A DNA stretch of 64,000 nt from Podarcis bocagei (lineage: Eukaryota), in NCBI GenBank assembly GCA_964188305.1, contig OZ076897.1. The stretch is one strand, 5' to 3'. Under the pieces are notes generated by a model, which saw only the letters and a program-made list of their open reading frames with translations, did not search any database and was not told where the DNA came from. How positions within the stretch are numbered: position 1 is the first letter of the stretch; every line of letters starts with the position of its first letter. A program made the translations under genes and the position numbers. Positions 25,000 through 37,546 of this stretch are shown in pieces.

Positions 25000-25352
25000 C
25001 AGGGTAGCGCTGTGGGTAAAACCGCAGTGCCTAGGACTTGCCGATCGTATGGTCGGCGGTTCGAACCCCCGTGGCGGGGTGAGCTCCCGTCTTTCGGTCC
25101 CAGCTCCTGCCCACCTAGCAGTTCGGAAGCACCCTTAAGTGCAAGTAGATAAATAGGTACGGCTTTATAGTGGGATGGTAAACGGCGTTTCCGTGTGCTG
25201 CGCTGGCTCGCCAGAGCAGCTTCGTCACGCTGGCCACGTGACCCGGAAGTGTCTTCGGACAGCGCTGGCTCCCGGCCTCTTAAGTGACACGAGTGCACAA
25301 CCCTAGAGTCGGACACGACTGGCCCGTACGGGCAGGGGTACCTTTACCTTTA
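25000..25352 (+). mobile_element. Sauria SINE
   Basis: Highly similar to 20858-21213. Confidence 0.9.
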
Positions 25353-26780
25353 AGCCCAAAAGGCTTCAATAAAAACAAGACGGTTCCTGCCTTCAGAGTT
25401 ACAATCTAAAAAACACCGCATAAAGAAGGAGATCAGGAGAGAAGAACAAGGACACTCAGGAGCTGTTTCTTAAAAGTTAACAAAGTGGTTTTTATACTGA
25501 TCAGCCACAATGGAAGCTGGGAGGCAATCTGGTCTCAGCAAAACTGATCAGAGTGTGCTTTCCTGTATCTCACTCTTGCTGCAGTCTGATGGTGTAAATG
25601 CCGCTAGCAGCATTCGAAACTGGGAAAGAAAAGCAAGGCTTCACACAGTACCTGGAACCTAGGTTGTAGGGTGCCAAAACACAGTTTCTAGGCGCATTTG
25701 AAGCTCTTGCAGACAATCAGAAGTCGTGGAAGCCACGTCAGACGTTCGGGTTCCAAAGAACATTCGCAAACCGGAACAATCACTTCCAGGTTTGCAGTGT
25801 TGAGCCGAAACGTTCAACTTGCAAGGCATTGGGCTTCCGAGGTACGACTGTACAGATAATTCATTCAGATTTTCTGTAGTTTCCTTATGTTCCTTTCAGT
25901 ATACCTCATCACCTCTTCATCCATTGTTCAAGTGCCTACCTAGTTGGTCTCTTGCTTTTTTAAAGACAGTAGCTAAAGACATTATGATTTTCGATCTTAA
26001 TGTTTTTAGTGATGTGTGCCTCAAATTCTTTTTAGGCACCCTTTATTGTCTGCTTGTGTTCAAATTTGTGTTCCATATTATCATTTGGGCAAAACCTCAG
26101 TTTTCTGAGTGAAGCATTCTTGCTTCTAATAGCTTCCTTGACGCTTGTTTCTTTAACAACATTGGCATCCTTGGATTTGGTGGTATCTTTTCTGATAAAC
26201 TGAATACATTCTAGCTGAGCAATTGTTGTGGCTTTGTGGGAAGATTTTCCCTTTCAATTTTGTTTAATTAGCCAATCTATGACCTTTTAAACTGTGTGCG
26301 CGCACAGGGTGGAGGGGTATTGTTTGCTACTGTGGTATGTATTCCTTGGATAGGGGCAATATAGAAATTTAATAAATAATAATAATAGTAATCTTTAAAA
26401 TAAGGGGACTTGTAAAAGATTATTATTCTGAAGTCAAATGTGATTATGTTGAATTTTTTGACAATTGAATACTTATGCGTGTTGGATTTCATAGCACTGT
26501 GGTCACTAGTTCCAGTTGGTTTCAACAGTGTTTGAACTTCTACCAGGTCCTGAGCAGCATCCATAGTTTTTCCTCCTTTGGTGGATTCCATGACCAACTG
26601 TTCCAGGGCACTATATTGAGGCTAATGAAAAATGCATATTTTTGTGTGACCAGAATATTCATCTAACAGTCTCTGTGATTACAATTGAAGGCATCCGTTA
26701 CTATGTTTCCTGATTTTCACCCTCCATCTCAAGATCACTATGAGCATTTTGGTCAGGGAAGTATCAGTATGTCCTTAGTA

Positions 26781-27021
26781 CAGTCAAACCTCTGTTCCCA
26801 AATGGCTCCGTTTTGGAACGTTTTGGCTCCCAAACGCCGAAAACCCGATAGTAAATGCTCCTGTTTTCGAACATTTTTCAGAAGCTGAACATCTGATGCA
26901 GTTTCCGCATGGATGCAGGAAGCTCTTGCAACCAATCGGAAGCCACACATCAGTTGTCGAACATTTTGGAAGTCTAACGGGCTTCCAGAATGGATTATGT
27001 TTGACAACTGAGGTTTGACTG
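26781..27021. mobile_element. Tc1/mariner MITE
   Basis: TA|CAGTCAAACCTC...GAGGTTTGACTG|TA. Confidence 0.85.
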
Positions 27022-27546
27022 TACTAAATTACTTCTGGAGCCTGGTATTGCCACCCACAGAAATTTTTGGTGGGGTGTGTGTCTACTCCGTTTAAGATTT
27101 ATAGTTTGTATGCCAAAGAGACATAATCAGTGGTCCTGTCAGAATTATTTTCACCCTCATCCTCTAGGTATGATACATTCCGAATAGGATGCTATCCAGC
27201 TTCTTTCAGCTTTCCTCCAGGATTAAGTTCAAAAATTGGTGTGCAACTTCTGACATCAAGCATTGGATCCTACCCAATTGCTGCATTAAATTACAATAAC
27301 TTCATTTAGAGATTCCAGAGTGTTTGTGGATATTCCATGCATCCAGAAGCCTAATTTGAGTACAGAACTTTCAATTACGAAAATAAATGAGACAGCAGGC
27401 CTCAAGCTTTGTACGTGTATCGGAGCCCCATAAAACTTTTGATCTGAAGCGATTGTTCAAGTCACATAGTATATATCTTGTTGGGACAATTATAAACTCA
27501 GTTGCATTGCTTTGGCAGCAGAGAAATGAATGAAAAATAAGAGATA

Positions 27547-27787
27547 CAGTGGTACCTTGGTTGTTGAATGGCTTGGCTTCCAAACAATTCGGCTCCAGGA
27601 CACCACAAACCCAGAAGTGTGTGTTCCAGTTTGTGAACGTTTTTCAGAAGCCGAACGTCTTCCGCAGCTTCCGCTTGAGTGCAGGAATCTCCTGCAGCCA
27701 ATTGGAAGCCGCGCCTTGGTTTTCAAACCATTTTGAGAGTTGAAATAACTCCAGGACGGATTAAGTTTGACAACCAAGGTACCTCTG
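27547..27787. mobile_element. Tc1/mariner MITE (2852 family)
   Basis: TA|CAGTGGTACCTTGGTTG...CAACCAAGGTACCTCTG|TA. Confidence 0.85.
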
Positions 27788-29926
27788 TATTTGGTTCTAC
27801 CTTCAGTCCAAAATTGGTGCTACCACACTAAATTGCTTAACTTCTCTGAATTCATGAGACAGTTGTGCCTTATTTCCTGTCAACATGACCTTTTTATGAT
27901 GACATCTTGAATTTCTTGTCATCCCGTCATTGTGTGTGACTTTTTTTAGTGCAACTCATTTCCTGAACTGTACCTGCACTGTCATCAGTGGCATAACAGT
28001 AAACCGAACTTGGATCACTTTGCAGGCCAAGCACTCTGTAGCAACAGCACAGACAGGAAATCCTCTCCAAACCAGAAAGGAAGGGGGCAAGAAAGAGTGA
28101 GAACATCATCACAGTGGATTGCTGGGGTGGGGTAGACCGTGGGAAAGACATTGTGTAAAAGTGTAGTTGAAACTGTTGAGCCTGATCTGTAGTGGTCTGT
28201 CTCCACTGCTTTAATACTGATTTTATGTGAAAATGACATTTTGAATTATTTAAGTGATTACTGCAGTTAAGAATTTGGATAACCTCACTTCCCAAAATGT
28301 AAGACTCAAACCTTTCCACTGTTCAGTTCAGCACAACATTGTAATATGCTAACAAAATGAAATGGTGTAACAGGTGTTTATTATAGCAGTTCAGATTAAA
28401 ATCAGCAATTATTTTGGGTTTACATAAAGCCCACAACCCCCTTGCTCAGGCTTTGTGAATTACTTGTGGGTCATGACCCACAGGTTGCAAAACACTGTTT
28501 TAGAGACTTAGAAATTGAGAAGGCAAGCATCTGCTGTGATGCTGGAATTGCTTCAAAACGCCTTAGAAATACGATGTGATTATCAGCTTCTGTAAACCAT
28601 GAAGATCTGGTCTCACAAGGAGCAATTTCTGAATGTTTTAGGCCTTCACTATGGGATTTGTGGCCTAATATTTTTGTTTGGAGTTTTTGTGTGTGAGAGA
28701 GAAAACTGTCCTTTTTCCCCCTGTATATGTAAATACAAGCCAAGTCTTGGTGCTCTCTCCTCACTAGATTTGAGATGAGCATGGCAGGGGCAGTCAGTGA
28801 CGTGGCTTGGTTTCCATGGCAGTGACTTGATGTTATGTAAGGAAGTTGCATATACACTGGCTGGTTGTCATGGTTCTAAGAATCGTACTCAAACAGCTCT
28901 TTCTCAATCGGATTTTTTTCAGTAACATTGAAGGTACACAGGTGCTGACCAACAACATTTAACACATTCTTATTTGTGTGTCTGTCACAATTCATATAGC
29001 CCGCTAGTCCTTAAGAACAGCGTCCTATTTTGAGAGAAGGAATTTATTTTTAAAACCACAGAATGTCCCTGCACAGTTCTCATTCAGATCCTCTTCCTGA
29101 ACATATTTTGTGCAATTCTAAATCCACTTTTTAGGGAAACAAACATTGATTCTTGCTAACAGTGCTTTTTCACTTGACGTCGTTCCAGATTTTTTGTGAA
29201 GATATGCTGCCAGGCTATTTACATAGGCTAGCAACAAATAGAAAAGCTTAAAAAAAACAAAACACCAACTGCTTCTAATGTTGGGAGTTCTTAAAATGAC
29301 CGTTAAGTTCCCAAGGGAAATGGGACGGTACCTGGAAACAAAATCTTGCTTACTTTAGACTTGATGGCTAGCAACAGGGGTATAAACAATGTTGTTTGCA
29401 TTTCCTCCTATTGTATTCTTTCCTGTACAAACTTCGCTCTTAAAATAGTATGGTAAAATTGTGATAATTTTCAAGCTGTTAAGTATTGTTTTAAATGCTT
29501 TAGCAGTTTTCCATTATACCCATTTTCAACCAATAGTTGATTTTATTTTTATTTTTATTTTTATAGGTTAATGTGTTGCATGCAGGGCACAATAAAGATG
29601 TGTTTATATATATATAAACAAAGGTGAATAATTTGTCTGGGGAGAGGGGGAAATAGTATCTAAAAAATTAAAATCTGCACCCACCAAGGTAATAACTGTG
29701 GCAGCATTGATGAATATAATCTTCACATTTCCACTATTTATTTCAGTGAGCATATGAAGCTGCATTTCATCTTTCTGTGTATAAGGGATTTGTGGTATTA
29801 TGCTGCTCAGTTTTGAACAATTAAAATGTTGGTTCAAATTAACTATGATAGGAAACTAATTTCCCCCCCTGTGCCGGTTGCAATAGGTTGTTTTTCAAGT
29901 ACAATATTTTTAAAATCTTGTTACAG

Positions 29927-30068
29927 ATATATGGAGCCTGGGAGTTATCCTTTATATGTTGGTATGCGGGCAGCCACCATTCCAAGAAGCAAATGACAGC
30001 GAAACTTTGACAATGATCATGGACTGTAAATACACGGTGCCATCACGTGTGTCCAAAGAATGTAAAGA
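29927..30068 (+). CDS. SNRK: SNRK coding exon 2
   Basis: TTACAG|AT...GA|GTAAGT; encodes [47 protein letters not shown]. 142 nt, frame-compatible with its neighbours. Confidence 0.97.
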
Positions 30069-31289
30069 GTAAGTGAAATGTCGAACATAATGTATTGAAA
30101 TTAAAATCATAACACTGACCATTCAGCCGATGTGGTGATTAGTTAGGAGTAGCACAGGGTTAGATCCCAGGTAATCCCAGCTCATCCATTATTCTCACTT
30201 CAGGACTGTGGTCCAGGAACTATTCTTTCAGCCCTCATAGGGTTGTAATGATAATGAAATAGAAGAACCATATATCCTACCTTGAGCTCCCTAGATAAAT
30301 ATGAAGTTTTTCTTCATTTTTGAAATGGTTTGCTTCTTTAAACATCACCCTTTATCACATTCATTAAATGTTTGCATGTTGATGCTCTACAGGAGAGGGG
30401 TAACTTATTCGAAGCTGAGGTCCAAACGGGAAATATTAACTTGATGGTTGCTTTGAAGCTGTGCATATCTACTTTCATCAGTGTGATGGATGCAAAGTCT
30501 ATGTACAGATAAGAAACATTTTCAAAGCTAAAGGAATACCTTTTCTCCCTTTACCATTTTCATTGCCAAAGCCTACAAAGCCCTCCTGTCAGCAGTACTT
30601 GGCTGCTGTTGTCAGTTGAAGAATACATTGATAACTGGAAACGTGAAACCCTGTAAACTATTTTTTATTGAGTGATTTTCTATATTCACATGGCCCATTG
30701 TAGAATAGTAATTTGTTAATAAAACAGAAGACAGTTTAAGAACTCAAGTCTATTCAATAAACATTGTGAAGTCTGTTGGAGCTGGGGGAAAATAATTTGT
30801 TTTTTAATTGCATTTCTGGTTTTAGTAATTTTGATTGCTTTTTATGACTTGACACTTGCTTAACACAAGTCCATAGCCATTCTGTGACTTCTGTAGACAG
30901 GTAAAAAAAAACTAATAAGTGGAAAGTAATCCCAAAAACAATTCTACCGTGTCATAATTCTATGACTGCTTCAGAGCCCCTTAGTTGCAGTTTTAATTTT
31001 GTCTTGTCCTTCAACTGTATGCATTGTTTTGTTTTTATTTTTCCCGTACCTCTGTTTGTATTATGTATGTGTAAGGAGCATCAAGAGAGACATGAAAACA
31101 GTCACGGTAGATAAGCTAGTTTGCCATCTAAACAAGCAAGCAGACATCCATACTTTCAAATTTGTTTGTAGATGTCTGTAGAAACTTACTTTTAAACTTG
31201 GGGAATGACGACACCCCTTGGATGCTTGGGGAACATTTTCCTACTGTGATGATGCTAACATACTTATAGAGCTGTATCTTTGTTCCCAG

Positions 31290-31502
31290 CTTAATCACAC
31301 GAATGCTACAAAGAGACCCAAAACGAAGGGCATCTTTGGAAGAAATTGAAAACCATCCCTGGCTACAAGGAGTTGATCCATCGCCTGCAACCAAATATAA
31401 TATTCCTTTGGTTTCATACAAAAATCTATCCGAGGAAGAGCACAACAGCATCATACAGCGAATGGTTCTGGGAGACATCGCAGACAGAGATACCATAGTA
31501 GA
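31290..31502 (+). CDS. SNRK: SNRK coding exon 3 (kinase end, start of UBA)
   Basis: TTCCCAG|C...GA|GTAAGC; encodes [26 protein letters not shown]...DRDTIVE. 213 nt. Confidence 0.97.
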
Positions 31503-33129
31503 GTAAGCCACCCTTTTCTGTTGTGTTTACATTCGAGGATTGCAATTCCAATTTTGTTGTTACAAAGAGCACAAGAAAATCCTTTTCTGGGTCAGGTGGA
31601 TGTCACCTTAGCCCAGCGTTCTGTTTCCAGCCATTACCAGCCTTAAAAGTAAAGCTGAAGGCAAGCAGCTTGCCCTGATTTACGCCCACTGGTATTCAGA
31701 GGAATAATTGCAGATGCAAGATTTATCAAGCTTTTGTATGTATCTTTGTAAGCTAAAGTGGCCCACGACAAATTAATTCATTTACAGAACATGTCAAAAT
31801 ATCAATAACTTTTTGGAAATAAGTTACCAAGTCTGGCCAAAGAGGAGCCCTGTGTAAAGCCCAATAATCAAATTGTCATTCATATTCTATTCAGTAGCTT
31901 GAGTTTTCTTTCTTCCTCGGTCTCTGGGCAATGGCCTTAGCAGCAGTTTCCTTTTCTCCCATGTCTAGTTGATTGGGGATGGAGAGTATGCAGCAGCAGG
32001 CCAGAGAGTGAGGCACCCTGGTTATGACATGCACCTTGTTCAGTCGTGTCCTGTTCTTTATGCACTAGTATCTGGCTCCCAGCATCCTTAGCCATGCTAA
32101 GGAAACACTGGGTTATTGGGGGTGTAGGGTGTTGCTTAAAGGAGTAGGTATTTCCACTATGTGGCTTCTTCCTAGTGTAAACCGATTTTAAATTGTATGT
32201 TTGGTTGTAACCCAAACATTAACTTTATATGTTCAGCTGCTGAATAGTGCAAGTGGCAATGTTGGAGACAGGCCCAATACAGAAGCCACTGAGTTAACAA
32301 GTGGATGCTTTAAAACAGTTGAAACAGGAATTTGTATCTGCTAAGAAGCCTGCTGTTAATGCCTAATGACTAAATAGATGAACACATTGTCCGTTTGGCT
32401 ATGGAAGATCCTTGATCAGTGACAGATTTAAATGTAACATATCGCCTGTTTGCAAATTGATTTTATTTTGGTGCTTTGCCTCTCTCCCCTGTGTAGTGCT
32501 AGGCAGTGGCTAGCTGGCAACAATGCTCCCGTGAGCTGAGTTGGGGGAGAATGTGAGGAAAGTCCATGCTATTAAATGAGACTGCTCTCCTGCTTTCAAG
32601 GCAAGCACTTGATAAAGTCTCAGTCAACACTGACAAAGTTTGTTTCCCTGGGGTTGCCTCTCCCTGCTGTGAGAGGTCATTGCAGGGAGGCAGTGGAGAC
32701 ACTCCCAGTCTCCTAATCTCAGCAATCGTAGTCACAAATGTATGTATCAGGAGCTCAGACTGGAAGAAGAAAATTCCTTTGTTTGAGCAGACTATCTGTA
32801 AAAGTAAAGTATACTTATATCTGACAGCTGCAAAAGGTTACTGAAGCATAGACTGGCATTCAGTAAATTACTGTGATTGGGGAAAATCTATTCAGCTTTT
32901 GGTTGCTTTCCTTAATATAGCCTAGTTTGATTATTGAACTTGCCACATTAGGTTGTCCAGTTCTTAATAAACTAAAAGCTATTTGTCAATATGTCAAAAG
33001 ACTAATTTCTACTTATAGGCACTGTTCAGTATTTGCTTTGAGGTGTATTGTAAGCAGTGCTGGCTGCATGTCCAGTTTCAGAAAACTGTTGATGTATGAT
33101 GTGTTCCATTTTAATTTTATTTCCCCCAG

Positions 33130-33264
33130 GGCTCTGGAAACCAACAAATACAATCACATCACTGCTACCTACTTCTTACTAGCAGAGCGGATTCTGAGAG
33201 AGAAGCAGGAGAAAGAAATACAAACCAGATCAGCAAGCCCAAGCAATATCAAAGCTCAGTTTAG
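33130..33264 (+). CDS. SNRK: SNRK coding exon 4 (UBA end)
   Basis: TTTCCCCCAG|G...AG|GTAATA; encodes [44 protein letters not shown]. 135 nt. Confidence 0.97.
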   Translation, partial: GSGNQQIQSHHCYLLLTSRADSEREAGERNTNQISKPKQYQSSV

Positions 33265-35804
33265 GTAATAATTTAAAGTACTCAAATTGTACTAAATTTA
33301 AGAGTTTTTAATCAGACATTCTTTAAAAGGGCCCACCTTTTTGATAATTTTAAATAGATTGCCATGCTACTGTGGTGTATCATTGCCAAAACACTGTGTG
33401 CTCTACAGCTTCTGCACAGCTAAGTTGGTAATTTTGAAGGCATTTTGCTGCTGAAGGTTGTAAACTGTTCTGCAGGTTGGGATCTGGAAGCTTATTCACT
33501 AGCAGCACAGCCACAGAATTGGTTCCATGGAGAAATGTTCATTTTCTTTCCTCCTGTCATGCTGAAGTCGCCGTTCTTAGCCTTTCTATCATTGAATTCA
33601 CAACCTAGGGTAATGTTAGGTAAGGAATATCTGAGTTCATGCTTGCCCCAGTGCAGGCCACAACTGTAACGCAGAACGAATCAGCCACTTTGTGGTGTTG
33701 TTGCAGAGTCTGCACCCTATTCCAACAGGCAGAATTTCCCATGAAGAATGAGAGCTCAGAGAGAGATGGAAATTGGTGCATCCCATTCCTGTTAGATCAG
33801 ATCGGGAGACTTGTGCCTTCAGATGGTGAGGGACTACAATGTCCATCACCCCACCCACTGGCCATGCCAGCTGGGGCTAATGAAAGTTGGGAGTGTGGAG
33901 GACAACTACATATGTCTAGCTCAGCTTCGTCTAACCTGACTTGGCAGGAGCTCTCCGCCATCTTGGACAGAGATCCTTCAAGCTTTCCCTGATAAAGATC
34001 ATCAGACCAGGAATGCCATGGATTGAGCATAGCACATGCATGAGAAAGTGTGTGCTCTACCACTGAGTTATAGAACTTAGCAATATTGTGGCTCTGTCAG
34101 GAACTGCAACTGGGAAGTAACTGCTGAAGCCCATACCAAAGTTCCATTGGTGAGCTTGAGGGCACTTTGTGGGAAAGGAGTAGGCAGTTGAAAAAATAAA
34201 TTGCCTAGAAAGTTGTATTTTCAGAAACAGAATAGTTAAAGAAGCTGAAAGGTATAATTAGGAAGATCCCTTCAGGAAGGCAGGACTATTTAAAACCACT
34301 GCAATAGAGACTAAAATAAAATGTATACTGCAAATGAGAAGAAACACAAACAAGTCCAGAAATATGTCGCTGTGTTTCAAAAGCTCCGTCAGAGAGTATA
34401 TGAAAGGCAGGAGGCCTTATTTTAAGAAATTGAAGTCTTGTCAAAAGGAAGACAATAAACAGCAAAAGTTCATGTGCCTTGCCTTCTGTGTGCTTTTAAA
34501 TGCCATGTTCGGACTGGCCACACTTCTGCCTTTGTGATTTTAGCATCCTTTCGGCCTATATTTGCTCTGTTAATTTTAAAAAAAACAACACATTGGAGCA
34601 AATAACTACAGTTGGGGGGGTGATTTTTAGAGGGGAAACCATAAACGAAGGATAACCCTTGTCCTGCGGTCCCAAACTAGTTTTAGTTGTGTTCGAGGTG
34701 AGAGCAGGAGAGAGGTTGTGTTGCCAATTGTAAGCATGGAAGTATTTAAGTGTGTTTAAAATTGCATCTAGTTTGACTCCAATATTGCAGCTGCCAACCT
34801 TTGCACACTTGGGAGTAAGGCATGTTTTGCTAAAGTGGGAGTTATTCATTCTGAATGAATATGCTTTGACGAGGCTGCATGGATACAAATTCTGGAAACC
34901 CACACTTGAAACTGACAGGCAAAAAAAGTAATTGGATAGTTTTTTAGCATAGTTGTTAAATGCATCAGTCAGAAGTGATGTAGGATATAAAAAGTTTAAA
35001 TACATTGCTAGGAGAAAAATATCAGCAAAGCTGATTATGTGTAATATAAATGTATGATTACCACAACCATGGAAGCTTGGACTGGAAATGTACTACTCCA
35101 CAAACATATGTATTTTCAAGGATTATTTGATACCTGGGTCTCACTCTGTGTGCAAGGGGACACTGGGATATCTGCTGTGCACTTTGTTAAGTGACTTTGT
35201 GCATTTGGTTCTTATTGGCCTGATTTCTAGCTATTTTTTTTATCTGCCAGCCTGCAACTGAATACTCTGAATGAACAATTTCTTTGAAAGTCTCTGGCAT
35301 TCATGGCCATGGCTTTGGAACCTGCTCTGGATAATATTTTTAAAATTTTGATTTGCCTTGCCAGTATTACTTTGGCATATTCAGAGCAGCAAAGAAGGTC
35401 TGTTTCTGCCTTAACTTTGCTTCATCTAAAACCGAGAATGTCTACATAACTTCAGTAAATATTGTGCCTTTTTAAAAAGTGGACTTGTATGTATTCTGTG
35501 CCACTTATCAGATAGTGACTTCTTGAAATCTTTTTTTTAAGGTTGAGCAGCATAAAATGATTACACTTTAATATTTTTTAAAAAGCAGATGGAAATGCCA
35601 TTGAAAAGAAATGTTATTAAAACTCATTACAAAAACTGCATCTTTCCATTCAAAAAGGCATTTACCAGGGCAGCTACAAACTCAAAAAGACTGGAATCCC
35701 GTAATCTTGGGCGTGGGCATGCTTATTAGAATTTTCTACTTTTCCCCTTTACATAGCAGACTGCCATACCAGATCACAAATTACTTTTTGAAAATATTTC
35801 AATA

Positions 35805-36075
35805 AAATATTATTATTAATTATTCTACACCCGCCCATCTGGCTGGGTTTCCCCAGCCACTCTGGGCAGCTTTCAACAGAACATTACAAACAGAATAAAA
35901 CATCAAACATTTAAAACTTCCCTAAACAGGGCTGCCTTCAGATGTCTTCTAAAAGCCAGATAGTTGCTTATTTCCCTGGCATCTGAGGAGAGGGCATTCC
36001 ACAGGGCGGCGCCACTACCAAGAAGGCCCTCTGCCTGGTTCCCTGTAACATCACTTCTCGCAGGGAGGGAACCCC
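35805..36075 (-). mobile_element. L2 LINE 3' end
   Basis: CCCATCTGGCTGGGTTTCCCCAGCCACTCTGGG... as in 8297-8815. Confidence 0.8.
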
Positions 36076-36327
36076 CAGAGAGGCTTGCCGCTGGCTGCTG
36101 CTGCTGCTGCTGCTATTGCTAGAGAAACCTCAACCCAAAACTACATCAGTTGTGCAGAACTAACTGGTAAGATCTCTGGATCATGGCCAATATGTACAAA
36201 TTTAATTCTTTGCCTGCTTGGTAAATTTTAAAATCACCTTACATTTTTTCAAGTTACAGTGAGAGGAGCTTTGCTTTTAAAACTTGTACTAAAATCTTCT
36301 GTTTCCTCTTTTTTGCACCTCTCTTAG

Positions 36328-37546
36328 GCAATCATGGCCAACCAAAATCGATGTCCCTCAAGACTTGGAAGATGACCTTACAGCTTCTCCTCTCTCGCAT
36401 GGAGGCGTTCCTCAGTCTCCAGCTCGCAGTGCTGAAAATGTTCTTAATGGTCACCGGAGCAAGGCACTTAATGATTCATCAAAGAAGGAGGACATTCCTG
36501 AATTAGCAGGACCAGCACTTTCCGTCGTTCCTTCGGTGAGCTTAAAACCTACAACTAGCGGTCGGAAGTGCTTGTTTAGGGTGGAAGAAGACGAGGAGGA
36601 GGACGAAGAAGATAAAAAACCAGTCTCCCTTTCAACCCAAGTGGTCCTGCGCCGCAAGCCTTCCGTTACAAACCGTCTGACTTCCCGGAAAAGCGCCCCG
36701 GTCCTGAATCAGATCTTTGAGGAAGGGGAGTCGGACGACGAGTTTGACATGGATGAGAACTTGCCCCCCAAACTTAGCCGTCTAAAAATGAACATTGCTT
36801 CGCCAAGCACCGTGCACAAGCGCTACCACCGAAGGAAAAGCCAGGGTCGGGGATCGAGCTGCAGCAGCTCAGAAACAAGCGACGACGACTCTGAAAGCAG
36901 GCGGCGTCTCGATAAAGACAGCGGGTTTACTTACTCCTGGCACAGACGAGATAGTAGCGAAGGACCTCCCGGCAATCAGGGAGACGGCAGCGGACAAGGA
37001 AAACCAAGCAATGGAAACGGAGGAGTAGACAAAACGAGCCCTGGCGACAACAACAAAGGGGGCGGAAGTCCTTCCAGTAGTTCTAGTGGAAGCACGAATA
37101 ACAATTCGGGTTCCACTCGCAGGTGCGCTGGATCTGGAAATTCAATGCAGTTGTCTTCAAGAAGCGCGGGCGACCTGGTGGAAAGCCTCAAATTAATGAG
37201 CCTCTGCTTAGGTTCACAGATTCACAGTAGCACTAAATACATTATTGATCCGCAAAACACCATCTCCTTTTCCAGCGTCAAGGTACAGGAGAAATCCACG
37301 TGGAAGATGTGCATAAGTTCCTCTGGGAATGCAAATCCAGCTTCGTCCTTGGGCAGTATAAAATTCTTTTCTGATCAGATGTCAGACACTGCAAATGAAT
37401 TAGAACGGATAAAGAGCAAGAACTTGAAAAATAACGTGCTCCAACTACCTCTGTGTGAAAAGACTATATCTGTGAATATTCAGCGAAACCCGAAGGAGGG
37501 ATTGCTGTGTACCGCTGGCCAAGCTACTTGCTGTCACGTTGTTTGA
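36328..37546 (+). CDS. SNRK: SNRK terminal coding exon (regulatory C-terminal tail)
   Basis: CTCTTAG|G CAA TCA TGG (RQSWPTKIDVPQDLEDD...) to ...CCHVV-TGA. 1219 nt. Total CDS 589+142+213+135+1219 = 2298 nt = 765 aa plus stop. Confidence 0.97.

Noticed and set aside
36365-36367. TTG start of the 393-aa ORF as a separate gene
   Set aside because: It is inside the terminal SNRK exon, entered by splicing at 36328.
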